A DNA stretch of 64,000 bases from Cirrosporium novae-zelandiae (GCA_026023565.1 JAPETS010000003.1:372001-436000); one strand, 5' to 3'. Shown: positions 50,913 to 64,000, counted from the stretch's first letter. Notes: generated from the sequence alone by a model not told the origin. Made by a program: numbers and translations.

Positions 50913-51227
50913 CTACCAGCTTGTTGTAGATGTAGCAATTGAACAATAGCCATATACCAAAGTATTCGACCCATGGAACTTCTTTGGTTGCCTGGGAAAG
51001 CTATGAGGGAACACATCATCGACAAAAACATCTTTCTCCACCTTTGGGGGGAAACAACATACTGTACAACATAATATGAAAGTGCATGCACAATCTCTCC
51101 CTTTCCCGCAACTAGGCTTCTTCGCGTCAAAGCCGACCTCTCGTAGGATTGTCCTTTGGCGATCTGCCTTTTCTTCCTCCGTTTCCTCTGTTTGTTCTTC
51201 TGGGGATCGATATTTATCCCCTTTCAT
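50913..51227 (-). CDS. Possible small protein with Cys-rich hydrophobic patch
   Basis: 104-aa ORF, charged N-terminus then CGKGRDCACTFILCCTVCCFPP; gene structure unclear. Confidence 0.3.
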   Translation of the reverse strand: MKGDKYRSPEEQTEETEEEKADRQRTILREVGFDAKKPSCGKGRDCACTFILCCTVCCFPPKVEKDVFVDDVFPHSFPRQPKKFHGSNTLVYGYCSIATSTTSW

Positions 51228-51809
51228 TTTTTTCAGCAGCCATCATCCTGCTATGCTTATAATAATTGTCTAGAACAAGGGATGCCTTGGATTAGATATC
51301 TTTAATGATCGGTTGATATGGATGCAAGGGCTACTACCTCTGACCAGGTTTGCTGATTTCTCATCATTATTCCTCCCTGTCCCTTTCTGTTGAAGCTTCT
51401 ATGCTTGAAAGCATAGTGGTCATAATGCTACCGCCGCCTCATGAAACAGCACGATCTAAGCGCGCTAACGCCACAGTTTTAGGAACCGTTTAAGTCATTT
51501 TGGTTGTGGCCAGAGTTTGAAATTTGAAAGGAAGGGTTTTGAAAAAAAGGGAGAGTTTGAAATAGAAGAATTTTGTAATTCTCGATTTGGAATCTAGAGA
51601 ATAAAATGTTGGCGGGTGGGAGGGGGTGTTCAGATAGATATAGGGAAGGTAATGATATGAAGCATATGGTAGACATAGCGTTCATTCTAGGGGAAGCAAA
51701 GAGGGTATTGGAGCAGATGGATGTGACAAAGTTGTAGATTTTATGTGGTGGGGAATGGCTCACTAAATAGTGGGTGTCACGTGTGACCGGGTTACTACGT
51801 TACTCCTTC

Positions 51810-51812
<3 letters not shown>

Positions 51813-51848
<36 letters not shown>
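51813..51848. repeat. (AG)18 microsatellite
   Basis: Perfect agagag... run. Confidence 0.95.
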
Positions 51849-51852
<4 letters not shown>

Positions 51853-52178
51853 GGGGGGCTATGTTGACCGTTCTATCGTTGCTACTTTTACAGGAAACAA
51901 CATTCTTGGTAACTACCTAGACCCAGATGCTGAATATCATGTAGAACTCCGATCACTTGTTACCTGTTCGCCTATCGCCGGTGTTCAAGGCCGAGTTCGA
52001 GGAGTACTCCTATATCAGGCGACATTATTTATAAAATATTAGGAAATGGGAGCTCTAGAAATATCAGAAGTGCCAGGGTAATGATAAGGGCACAATTCCC
52101 TCAATGTGCATTAAAACCCCCAAGGTTTTCGGTCTCGTAATCATTATCTCTATCAATTGAAGCCAAGCCCTAGCCATC

Positions 52179-53679
52179 ATGACCACCTCAACCCCCACCA
52201 AGCATTTCCCCCGCCATGATTCCACCCTTCCGTTCTGGCGAACACAACTCCACGAAATTGACACCCACCGTACAACTTCCGAACTTCCCGCTGAAGCCGA
52301 TGTCGTCATTGTTGGTTCGGGTTATGCTGGAACATCGACCGCCTACCACCTTCTTGACAATAATGATGCGCCCCCCTCTATCGTTATGCTCGAGGCCCGT
52401 GAAGCATGCTCCGGGGCAACAGGACGGAATGGAGGGCATTTGAAACCAAATACATATTCAAAAATGCCACACATGGTCAAGCTATACGGTCCGAAGCTCG
52501 CCGGCGAACTTGCTACTTTTGAGATCAATCATGTCTGGGCCATTAAGGAATTGATTGAAAAGGAGGGTATAGATTGCGACTTGATTCTCACGAGATCGCA
52601 GGACGTGTTTCTCGACCAGGCGCATGCAGATAAGACCAAGGCAGCGTTTGACGAGATTCTTAAAGCTGGATGGACGTTTCCGGATATAAAGCATGGACAG
52701 TTTGTTAGTGGAAAATATGCCGAGCAGGTTCGTGGGGCTCCTAACGACGTCATGTGGAAGCGCAAAACTGACCAGCTACTAGCTCACCGGCATCAAAGGC
52801 GCAAAATCAACCTACAGTTTTACTGCTGGGCACGTGTGGCCCTATAAGCTAATTACCCAACTTCTTACTATCCTCGTGTCCAAGGGACTTAACCTTCAAA
52901 CCAATACTCCAGTTGAATCCATCTCCGACTCACCAGACTCCTCTGGGTTCTGGACCGTTAGCACCCCGCGGGGATCTATCAAAGCCAAAAAGATTGTCTT
53001 TGCAACCAACGGCTATACCTCGGCGCTGCTTCCGCAGTACTCTGGCAAAATAGTCCCCGTCCGCGGAATCTGTAGTCGTATAGTTGTTCCCGAAGGTAAA
53101 AAGGGCCCTCATCTACCTTATAGTTATACCATCCAACACCACCCGGGCTCATACGATTATTTAATCCCCCGACCGGATGGAAGTATAGTAGTAGGAGGCG
53201 CAAGAACACTATATTGGAATGACCAGAAGAACTGGTACAACGTTTCAGACGACACAAAGTTGATCGAACCAGCAAAAAACTATTTCGACGGGTATATGCA
53301 GAGAACATTTGCCGGATGGGAGGATAGTGGCGCACACACCGACAAAGTATGGACAGGAAGTAAGTAATCCAATAAATCTATTCCCATTTCCGATTTAGTC
53401 TATATATCCGCTTACAACAAGCACCCATCATCATCATTAGTTCTGGGCTACACATCCGACAAAGCACCACATGTGGGCTCGGTCCCAGACAAACCGGGGC
53501 AGTACATCGTCGCCGGCTTCAACGGGCACGGCATGCCGCTCGTGTATCTTTCAGCCAAGGGAGTGGCGCAAATGCTGAGGGGAAAGGCATTTGAGGAAAC
53601 GGGTGTACCGAGCTTTTTCAAGACGTCAAAAGAACGGCTGGAGAGCGATCGGGATGAAATTAGACATCCGTCGGGCTAG
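52179..53679 (+). CDS. FAD-dependent oxidoreductase (DAO/PuuB-like family); 3 exons
   Basis: VVIVGSGYAG, EAREACSGATGRNGGH, IVFATNGYT, YDYLIPRPDGSIVVGG, WTG/LGYTSDKAPHVG, AGFNGHGMP. Confidence 0.92.
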
Positions 53680-54686
53680 TGTGAAAGAAAGTTGTGTTCG
53701 TTGAATACCTTACCGAGTTAGGTTTATTTATTTTAAATAGAACCAAGATGGTTGGGGGGGCCTTAAACGGGTTCCCACCACTACCACCACCACTATCGCA
53801 TCTCCATCTTATTCCATCTCATATCGTCAATCGACCGTTATTGCGTATATACGCCAAACACACGTATACATCTCCTCCCGTGCATGCATGCATGCCATAT
53901 TATACAATCCCATCCCATCCCATCCAAGTCCCCATTATTTCCTCATCTCCTATCTCCCATACCACCTCATCACTGTCACTATCACCATCTCTCGCACCCT
54001 CTCCATCTCTACATTATAGATACTGCAACAATAATAAAAGGAACCATTAAGGGAATTCCCATAGTTGTGCACCCCATTACACTAAAAAGGAGATAGGGAA
54101 AGAAAGAAAGAAAGAGGAAAAAAAAAGGGGGAGGGTAGTTGAAAATATCTATCAGTTAGTCAGTTAGTCAGTACTCAACTACTTTACGTTTTTCTTTTCT
54201 TTATTATAATAAATTCCTAAATTCCTAAATTACTAAATATACTAGAGCTTCCACTCTGAGTATATATATATATATATATAAAAGAAAAGAAAAGGGGGAA
54301 AGGATATATATATATATTCCTTGTAGTTTGATTTGAGATAAGGCAAATAGGGGTTTTTTCCATCTATCTTAGTTTGGAATTGAATTGATAGAAAAAAAGG
54401 AAAAAGAGGGAGGAGAGGAGAAGAGTGTTTTTTTGGGGGGGGGGGGGGATGAGAAGGAGTGGTGGATGGACTTTTAGTGATGTTGGAATGGAATGGAATG
54501 GATTAGGGGTTTGGATTGGATTGGATTGGTAAAGGGAGTGTTGAGGTGTCCCCTGAATAGGGAGGGTATAATAATGTAATGGGAGAAGGGCTAAGAAATA
54601 AGAAGGTGGTAAGTTACGACTTCCGAGTTATAGGAAGTAGAAATGTGCATTGGCAATGCTAACCTAATCCCCCAACATCTATCTAC

Positions 54687-56424
54687 TCAAGAAAGCTTAC
54701 ACGTCCAACCAGCCGTGACATTCGGGTTTCCGCCCACATAAGTCGTCCTATACGGATACCTACAATGCGGCCTCTCAATCTCCACGCCCTTAGTCTCGTC
54801 ATCATCCACCCACTTCGTGCCCACCATGACATCTGGCGCGGTACCATTTTCTACCCACGCCACCAGACTCTTCAAGACATTCATAGTCGCGTTCCTAGCG
54901 ATCCTTTTTTGGCCAAATGCCCACGCCCCGTTGCCGCCGGTGCAGTGGTACATGCCCGAAATGCGGAAGAATCTGTAGAATGAATCTAAAGAGGTGGAGG
55001 AACTGTTCATGGTTTGTGAAACGTGGTTGTAGTAGCGCATGGAGTTTTCGCCGGAGATGGTGGGGTCGGACATTCCGTGGTAGGTGATTAGTTTCCCGCC
55101 GCGGTCACGGAAGGAGGAGAGGTCGCCGGACCATGAAGAGATGTTGCCGTGCAGTTCGTCGAGTGAATCGGAATAATCGTAGTCAGATTCATCTAAGGTG
55201 GTGACATCAAATGACGAGTCGTTATACACTGCATATCTAAACCAGCCGAGTGCGGGGGTGTCAGTAGTACCGCTGAGAATGCCACCAGAGGCGGCTGCAG
55301 GCAGCCCAGCCGAGGGTGTCAAGCGAGGGTATAGGAATCTATTGTTAGATCCATAGAGCGGTGCAAAAACATTACGGACCGTCTGAGCTTGGATACTCGT
55401 GAGACAAGTAGATGAGTTTGTGGAATTGGAAGTGCAGATGAGAGTTTCAGGCTCAAAGTCGCAGATGCTAGGATCTTCCACAATCCCATCAGCGACACCA
55501 TCCAAGGGTTTATCACATTGTTTGAGAACTTCATTATGCACCGTGGTCCATTGATCATAGGTCAGGAAACGCGGATCACTCGTATTAGCTCCTGTCAGCA
55601 AGTAAAAGTGGCCACTCCAATCGGTCAGATGGTTAAAATCGGCTGCTGGAGCCCCGGCCGAGACACCATCAAAGTCGGAGGGAAACATCTGCACAGACTT
55701 CAGGCCTTGACGGCCCCCGGTAGAGCATCCCAGGTAGTATGATTTCTTGTGTGGGGTACCATAGTATAATTGGGTCAATTCCTTCCCTACAACAACAGCA
55801 GAATGGAGCCTATGTAAGAACCGGTTAAAGGCCATCAATCCCAGGCGTTCCAGGAAATCTTGAGGCCTACTTACGCTCTCCAAGAAAAGTCCAGAACCAC
55901 TTCATTGTTATTCAAAAATGGCTCTCCAGTACCGCCATCATGCCCTCCATTGTCGCCTGTGGTGGCAAATCCCATACTAGTGGTATAACTCAAATCATCA
56001 TATTGAATGCCTGGTAGAAAGTGGCTCAGTAAAGGCTAGAGTAAGAAGAGTCAAATAATAGGCACATACATCCCTTTAGGGCACCATTTCCAGTCGATAT
56101 AAATCGTCCGTTCCAGGATTGATTATCTGGGAGCCATACCTCGACCAGGTTACTCGAGCTGGAGCTAGTAGTCACGTTGAGAGCAACCCGACATACGTTG
56201 GCATCAACCTTTTGAGTGATTTGGCAAACTGTCTGCCCGCCCGTCATAGTAATATTACTCCCTGCAATCACATGTTCCGATGAAATGACAATAGTATTAT
56301 CAATGTTCAACGAGTTTGCAAAACGAGTACAAGAGACTTGTTGGGCGGTGCTATTCAGTGGTGCCGATAACACTGAGGGGGCCCAAAAGAAGACATGATA
56401 GACTAAAGCATAGATGAAAAACAT
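54687..56424 (-). CDS. Secreted tannase/feruloyl esterase; 3 exons
   Basis: Signal peptide, EVWLP..WNGRFISTGNG, GDNGGHDG, YYLGCSTGGRQG (catalytic Ser), KLITYHGMSDPTIS, GMYHCTGG, RPHCRYP. Confidence 0.93.
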
Positions 56425-58326
56425 GCCGGGAAGTTTGAGGCCGGAAGATTAAATGTGTAAACAAAGGCAACTCATGCTGATATATTTGCTAGCCATGGAT
56501 ATCTAGCTTTCTTAAATGGTGATATAGGTTCTGATGTGAAGAAATGCCGTGAGCGCATCCCAGATGTCCTATGCTACCCCACTCTAGAAAAAGGATTAAC
56601 CGTCAGAAAGGATGCCACCTTGACTTGAGAGTAGGATCTTCTATGCCCATATACATTCATATTGAGGGGAATTCAATTGCGGAGTTAGGATGTAAGATTC
56701 CATGATTGATCTAACAAGTTGATATTTCCATGAAAAGTAATATCCCCGTGGGGTAATGTAAATCGAGGGCTCGATCAAGGAATTAACCGAACCGACAAGT
56801 TGCCGAGGGCTTGGAGGAAACAAGATATTGGAGAATTCGAAGACTAGGTTAATTACAATTGATCATTAAGGTAAATGGTGAAGAGGGTAGATAAAGACCC
56901 ACCACAGGTTTTTGAACATGGCATGTTGTTCTCAATGACCTTTTTCTCAAAAGGTTGTGTATGTAACGTTCATGGTCGACCTTTATATAAAGTTGTTCCG
57001 TTCACCGGATGTAGAATTAAATTTATGAAGGATATGCTATCAATACTATCTAGTCTTGGCATATGAATTCCACTTTCTATCAAGTTATTGTAGAGAGTCC
57101 TTTTTTTTCCACAGCTGGTAGCAACAGTGACGAATATTATAAAAATCAAAATCAAATCCATTGTTTATTGTGTTGGCGTTATCTAGTGCCTGTTCTTTCT
57201 CGGAAATTCCTCGTATCAGATCTTATATGACATGATTGTGGAGGACGGGTACGGTGAAGAATAAAGCCGTGAAAATGACCGAATTGTGGCTGACTGGCAT
57301 AAATGAGCAGGTCAACGATAGCTGCTAGGGGAGCATCAAACCTCGGTTATTTGCTCTGCGCATAGCAAGCTTGACGCGCGGCAACTAATGGAGTTTTTAT
57401 CGCTTGTGTCGCGCACACGATCACATGATCACATTTACCACATCTCTTCCCTAAACACCCCAAATACTACCATAATACGCTGTCTGCATAATAATCACAA
57501 ACCAAAAAAAAGCCACTCACTCACTCTCCCCTTCCTTAACCATGAACATTACTACTACTCTCCCTCTCTCTCTCTCCCAAAAACCGCCCAGAAAAATTGA
57601 ATGTAACATGACAATTTCCCCTTCTTCAAGGTACAAGTACTGTACGCTGGGAAACCTTGCTTGGCGCACCAATGTCAATGTATAATGTGTGTATGTAGTA
57701 AGCAGCCAATCCCTACAAAACAAAAAATTCTCAGCCCTAACGGCATCACCGTGTTCGTGTTCTCCTTGCCGGGTTTTTCGAATGATGATGGACGGGCTTC
57801 TGTCGCACAACATTGAGAGCTTAAAACTTGGCATGTACATGTAGTAAGCAAAAATGAACCACGCATCCGGGGTTTTACCCAGGGTAAAACCTGAAAAGCT
57901 ACAAAACAAAATGTCATCTTCGGGGAGGCTTTGTTGTTACCAGGTGATCAGGGGTATAGTCTATACAAATGCTGACAGCCAAGGAAAATGAATTATGCAC
58001 ATGAAAAGATGGAGAGGCTTTCTACAACGCTGCAAAGCTTGGAATGCCTCTTGCCCTATATTTAATAATTTTTTTTTGGTGGTAGTAGAAAAAAAAAGCC
58101 TCATTGGTATGCTGACAGTTTTTTTGTCCCCTGTTGGGATAATATAACATGATTGCAATACGAATATGACATTCATATATCCATTTTGGAATATAAAAAC
58201 CAGTTGGTTCCTCCTCGAATTCTAACTATTTCACTCATCATCATCACTATCATCAACAACTCTTCAACCTCACTATCTTACCTACTTACCCAATCCAAAA
58301 CCCCCAATTGCCCATATACATCCACC

Positions 58327-59163
58327 ATGAAGCCTCAAACACTCCTCCTCCTCTCCTCCCTAAGCGTCCTCAGCAACGCCCTCGCCCTTCCCCAAGACCC
58401 TAGAAGCACCCTCTTCGATTGCGGCACGACTTTCTGTCTCGCAATCTATAAATACCTGCATGACCCCACAACCGGAAAATGCTGCTGCGCCCCTCTCGAC
58501 GCTATTGACTGCTACGGAACAACCCTTTCTACAAAAGCCACTACCACAAACACCACCTCCGCAACCATAAAAGAACGAGACCCAGCCCCCGCCCCGCAAT
58601 GGACCACCACCGCGGAGTGCATGCAGGAGCGATGTCCACTCGACGGGAGCAGAAAGGTGTGGGATGCCACCTCGGAGAGCTGCCAATGTATTAGCGAAAT
58701 AACCCCCTCGAAGAGAGCCCCACTCCCACTCCCACTCCCCGAACAGGACCTAGAAACCAGAGACCCAATGAACTGCTCCGAATTAAGAATCTACTGTGAA
58801 TACGGCCCAGACCACAAGGCCGTGTACGACCCCGAAAGCGACAGCTGCATCTGCCCCGAGGAAGCCTCTTCCTCTCTCTCATTCCGCTCGCCCGTAGCCT
58901 CCAGCAACCCAAACAGCTGCTGTGCTTTTGAAGTTTTTTGTCTCTCGACCTCCGACGGCTGTCTCACGCTGGTTGAGGGCTCTGATACTTGCACCTGTCC
59001 GCCCGTGGCTACTTTGAAACCCCGCTCTGCGTTAGTGGCTCCCAGGGCTGAGAGTCCGGAGACGTGTGCTTTGCTTAAGATATACTGCTCTGAGGGGCCG
59101 GATGGCCATGCGGTATGGGATGAGACGTTGGGACGGTGTGTGTGTCCCGCTGGCGGAGTTTAG
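58327..59163 (+). CDS. Secreted cysteine-rich repeat protein (278 aa, five Cys modules)
   Basis: Signal peptide MKPQTLLLLSSLSVLSNALALP, five C-x4/6-C-x14/16-C-x-C modules separated by S/T/P linkers; intronless; TATAAA at about 58192. Confidence 0.8.
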   Translation: MKPQTLLLLSSLSVLSNALALPQDPRSTLFDCGTTFCLAIYKYLHDPTTGKCCCAPLDAIDCYGTTLSTKATTTNTTSATIKERDPAPAPQWTTTAECMQERCPLDGSRKVWDATSESCQCISEITPSKRAPLPLPLPEQDLETRDPMNCSELRIYCEYGPDHKAVYDPESDSCICPEEASSSLSFRSPVASSNPNSCCAFEVFCLSTSDGCLTLVEGSDTCTCPPVATLKPRSALVAPRAESPETCALLKIYCSEGPDGHAVWDETLGRCVCPAGGV

Positions 59164-60703
59164 TAGGATAAGATTGAGGTGGGGTGGGTTTGTGTGGATG
59201 TTGGTGCTGGTGTTGTTGTTGATGTTGGTGGTAGCACGGACAGCGTCTATATTTCATGAAAAGTGAAATAGGCTATAGGCACTAGCCACCACTATGATTT
59301 CCTAACATCTGAAATTCTCTCTCTTTTATGCTTTTATTCTTTTATCCTTTGATTTTTTCGGTCTTGTTTTGTTTGGTTTTATTTTCGCTTATGAGGTTTT
59401 GAGGAATTGGTTGTTGTGTGTAGTATTGAGGGGGGAGGTTGCCGAATATGTATGTATGGATATTTAGGTATTCAAATTTGAATTCAGAAGAAGTGGTTGT
59501 GGTTTCGATAAACTATAAATCTCGTACTTGAAACATTAATAACATTCAGGCAACATTTAATCATACTTATCCCCAAAACTAAACCTAGGTCAGAAGGAGG
59601 TAAGGTGAAGTTCATCCCCCATCCCCACAATCAACATCCACATCAACATTCATATCCATATCCACATCCATCATGCACTGACCACTTTCATTTTTTCTTT
59701 GCTTTTATAGCAAAGTAGTCACTACCTACGCACTAGCCATACTAATCACACTAGTCCCTAGATATATATAAAATTACGTATAGTACAACTCACAACTCTC
59801 TCTGGATAGGTAGAGAATTTTTGGAGATGGATTCATTGGGGACACTGAGGAGGGCTTCGATCAGGATCGAGAGATGCAGAATCTTAGTGTGAGAATCCTA
59901 ATTGGTAATCCCGAGTCTGTGGAGAAGGAGAGGATAGTCGAAAGCTGGAAAGGTGTGGGTGAGGAAAATCTCCTCGACCAATGAATCAGGATTCTTTAAT
60001 TATCCTGATCCCTGATTCCGATGTCTCAGATCTCAATCTATCCGGGTCCGGGTCTCCCACGGGACTGCTAGATCCAACTAGCGAGTCTAGGGTTTTGAGG
60101 CTTGGTGGATGGCTCCAAATGGTTGAGGCACTATAGGAAGGGAGATTTAATAGAAAATCAACCCCAAAAAATCTACGAAGCACAAAAGCTTGTGGAAGAG
60201 AGGTTGAGAGATGAAAAAGGACTAGAACATGGCCAAAATCCATATTCCCAAGGAAAAACGAGGATGACGGCTAAGGCCACGGCACTAACGTTTCGCGGGG
60301 TAATGAACGGATAAGATCTCGTGGGTTAAATAACTAACAACAACAGAGTAACACCCATTCCCTTGTATCTTGCCTAACCAACGCTGGATGAATTCCGACC
60401 GATCGTGCCTTGGTGTCACAAATAAGACCCGTGTCGGATGTGATCGCGAGAACCAATCGCCCGGATCCAAAAAGTATTGGAGAGAGGCCACGATCTCCGG
60501 GAAATTGTCAAAGGACCGGGCATCGAGCTCTGGGGATTTTGCCCAACTTCCACGAAATGGGATGATCATGACCATGGCTCTTCCGACGTGTAACTCATCC
60601 TCCCCTCATTACTATGCTGCTACAAATCCCATTTCTGAATTCAAAGTCCAACCCATCAAGGGGAAAAAAAAATCAAAAAAAACATCGTTAATTCAGACAC
60701 GAG

Positions 60704-61090
60704 ATGAGTGAACAGAAGGATACGAGAGATGTCAAGGCCGATCCAAAGGTTAACGAGCAGCCTAGCGCAGGTTTCGAGAACGGTATCAAGAAAAGAATAA
60801 CAACATCAACATCATCGCGATCGGACTTACAGTCAGGGATTCTTAAAATTCCGGTGCATACATTAGCAACACGTCCAAGTGAAATCCACAAAAAGACAAC
60901 TGTCCTCGATACAGATCAAGTAGATACGACTAGAGCAGGTTGGCGCTTCAAGAATGATGACATACACGCATCGATACTTCCAGCATTCAACTATTACTTC
61001 AATATCGAGGATGGAGACATCCAAACATATGACGCTAGGTCAGACCCTCCAAATGCGAAAACCAGGGACAAAAGACTTGTTGGGCGTTGA
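60704..61090 (+). pseudogene. Orphan ORF or degraded gene fragment
   Basis: 128-aa ATG ORF with protein-like composition; nearby short ORF fragments at 59.8-60.3 kb on the same strand; no recognisable family. Confidence 0.25.
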
Positions 61091-61654
61091 GTTATACGAA
61101 CGATATGAACCAAGGAGCACCAAGGCGCTAGAGTAGGATTCTTCACCTTCATACATATTGCTATCACTTCACTCAATATAAGACATAGATATCTTATGGC
61201 ACCCTCTGTCAAGCTGCCCTCTGACACTTGAACCTAGTAACCTAACAGTGGAAAGTGGGGGTGCAATGTGAAAGACACGAACACGTGTTGATGCTTGGAA
61301 TAATAAATTACTTGGAATGTGTAGGAACGGATAACGATACGGAGCTGTGATATATATTTATATGTGTGAGCAGAATATTGAGTTGATAAAGTTTGATAGT
61401 GATGGGAGCTAAAATCACTCGGGATTTGGCCGTGTGCTTGGTACAAATGTTGATTAAGCTAGAGCAAAACAAGCTAGTCTAGGTAATATAGTCTAATTTG
61501 TTCTTCTCGCTTCCTCCGAATGATAATTAGCTATCTTGACACCTTATTTGGATGCCTGTGAAAATAAAAAATAATATAAATTCGTTCCAGAGTGGATTTA
61601 TATACCTCTCTAGGCGACAGAGAACATTCGTGTCTGTTCCGCACATCTGCCATC

Positions 61655-63434
61655 TCAAATACCTTCGTCCACCTTTGCCGACTTTCCGGCATCCACACTT
61701 GCCACTGGACTTATTTCTCCTTGTTCCTTTCCTTCAATGACACGCCCAAGCATTTGGTGTTCGATATTTACTTTGGGGCCCTTGAACCACTTTCTTGCAG
61801 ATACAACCCACCACACCATCACCATGAGCATTGGGACACCATAGACAACACATGTCCAATTCATCAATGATGCGGTGAGATCATCCCCTCTTACACTAGG
61901 GAAGCACATGATCGGGACCATCAAGACGACAAAAGAACAAGCGCATGCACCAATTGGAATGCTGAATCGACCCAGATTCCACGGACCGCGACGGAAGTTG
62001 TTTCGCACAAAGAAGACACGAATGAAGATCGGTGTAGTAAAGGCAACAAATGCAGCACAAGCGCCGATAGAGAAAATAGCACCAATAGCAACAGACCCCC
62101 CGAAAAGGAGGAGAGTCATGAGTATACCGAGTGTCGTATTTAACCAAACAGCGTTAACGGGAGTGCGGGTCGTGGTGTTTATGTGAGCCAAATATTTAGA
62201 AAATGGGAAACAATCTGCCCTGCATATTAGTGACTGCAATCATATGCGTATAGAACAAATTACAAAGTGACTTACCATCACGAGCGTAAGCAAATGTAAC
62301 TCTACTCGCAGCAACCATGCAGCCCTGTCCCATCGAAAATCCAGCTACAATCGTGAGGGCAAGAATGGCTGTTGCCGTTTTTGTAGAAACAACTTCCACG
62401 AGATATGCTGCCCAAGGCTGACCCAAATCGCTGTCTATTACCGTATCAATATCAACAACAGTATAGGCAACTACCAGCTGCAGAAACCATCCGAAAAGGC
62501 CACCAAAGCCAGATGTCATGACAATGGCTCGTGGAGAAGCAATGTTAGCATTGGAACATTCTTCTGAAAGATGGAATGGTGCGTCGTAGCCTGACATGGT
62601 CCAGATGACGGACAAAAAGGACATGAGTATTGAGATCCCTATAGGAAACTCAGTCCCCTGGTAGAATTTTCCCCAGACATCACGCGATGAGTTGAACTTG
62701 GGGAGGTTCTGTGAAGTGCGGTTGGTGTCGGCAGGAATGAGTATGAGAACAACGACAAGAGCGACAATGTTGAAACTGCTGCCCCAGGAATTAAAAGTAG
62801 CAACCCATTTTGTAGGCATGCTGCTAATACATCCGTGGATCACCATGATCAAGGCCGTTAATAGAAAGGTCTGGTAATTCTCCGGGACATAGTTTGGATT
62901 ATTCATGGATGCCGTAGCGAGGATCATCGAGGAAAGTGCGTAATCGACTGAAGGCGCACCCGATATTTGTGAAAGCCAATTGCTCCAACCGGTAATCCAT
63001 GCGGCCAGAGGACCCCATCCTGGAGGAGCCAGCACTGCGGCAGCATAATAAAGTCCTCCAGATGTTGGCATCGAGGAGCAGAGTTCTGCCATACTCATTG
63101 CCACACATTGGATGAAGAACATTGCAATAATCCACCCCCAAACCATACCGGGCATTCCAGCATATCCCATCCCATAGTAAAGTGTGCTGGCAAAGCTTGG
63201 CAACAACCCCAAGACGGCGAAACTGACACAGAAGCTTGTCCAGAGGCTAAATTCGCGTTTGAATTCAGGTTTGTATCCCAAAGCTGCTAGCACCTCATCG
63301 TCGGCTGTAAGGTCACCATCGTATACCGGTACATCGCCATCTCTCAGGACAGAAGTCACAGGCTTATCAGCAATCGAGTGACGTTGAGCGGTTGTGGAGA
63401 CAAGGGCTTTCTGGGGTCCGTTGGATACGCTCAT
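61655..63434 (-). CDS. APC-superfamily amino acid/polyamine/GABA permease (ACT family, UGA4/TPO5-like); 2 exons
   Basis: LAALGYKPEFKREFSLW, GMVWGW, SMAELCSSMPTSGGLYY, WTMSGYDAPFHLSEECSNA, ASRVTFAYARD/DCFPFS, TPVNAVW, FRRGPWNLG, WFKGP. Confidence 0.94.
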
Positions 63435-64000
63435 ATCGATCGCGTTCAAGAAGGTTTATTTATTAACATGGGATATTTTATCAAGTGAATGGGAATATCC
63501 ACGAGCGATGCAAAATTAATGAATTGGCCTATCATTGGATGAGAAGAGGAATGAATTGAAGACAATTAGAAAAAGTAGCAATGAAACACCTCACGAGAAG
63601 AACACGCTGCACAGAGGTCGAATAAATACAAAGCAGAAGCTATTTGCCGTGGCAATTCCATGACGATTGATAGAGACGGGTACTGGATGATTAACCACAG
63701 GGTTGGTGTAACAGAGGAAGCTTGACTATTACAGGAAGGCATAACCTTTTGGGAGATGCTATCTGTGCCAGCAAGATATTAACGAGCGGCCTGAAAGATA
63801 AGTCGTACAGATAACTGGGATGATTCTTGACGGTTGTGGATGATTTCCAAAGCTTGTCCTTTCCAAATTCGGGAAATGGGACGAGCTGGAGTTCGAAAGA
63901 TGTTGACAAGCGCAAGGTTCCTGACATGTTTGCCCTATCTATGGATCTGATAGAAGGTGTTACGATTCAATATCCTAGCGCTCTTATCTTTACCCTTGGC

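Noticed and set aside
54100..54560. Structured element between the FAD oxidoreductase and the esterase
   Set aside because: Only simple repeats ((TA)n, GAAA, poly-G, GGAAT/GGATT); no termini or ORF.
40314..63434. Secondary-metabolite or catabolic gene cluster (DUF1479, cupin, aldolase, FAD oxidoreductase, esterase, permease)
   Set aside because: No PKS, NRPS, terpene or other backbone enzyme and no pathway transcription factor; genes are widely spaced and do not form a coherent pathway.

Overview
Eukaryotic DNA from a filamentous ascomycete (Pezizomycotina), judged from short GT-AG introns with CTAAC/CTGAC branch sites and fungal-type orthologues. About 25 protein genes can be reconstructed by hand. 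A housekeeping core spans about 6.8-16.4 kb and 24.5-39.6 kb: centrin/Rad33-like EF-hand protein, USP deubiquitinase, Alb1, Vps16, Mtc2-like, NDUFAF6, CorA-like, JMJD7-like, Spb1, YML020W-like, Dot1 and Atg16. It is flanked and interrupted by accessory regions. The most striking feature is a co-oriented three-gene cassette at 1.05-5.87 kb: a caspase-like (His-Gly/Asp-Cys-Cys) protease, a hidden 102-aa three-exon SH3/KOW-like protein missing from the ORF track, and a DUF6594 membrane protein. This layout is reminiscent of fungal protease-effector cell-death or allorecognition modules (inference). Also notable are two diverged copies of a foldback MITE-like element, a degenerate tRNA-like Pol III unit, a secreted polyprotein of five Cys mini-modules, a clade-D-like beta-carbonic anhydrase and two GC-AG introns. 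Exon boundaries are manual readings and family assignments come from motif recognition; no searches were run.
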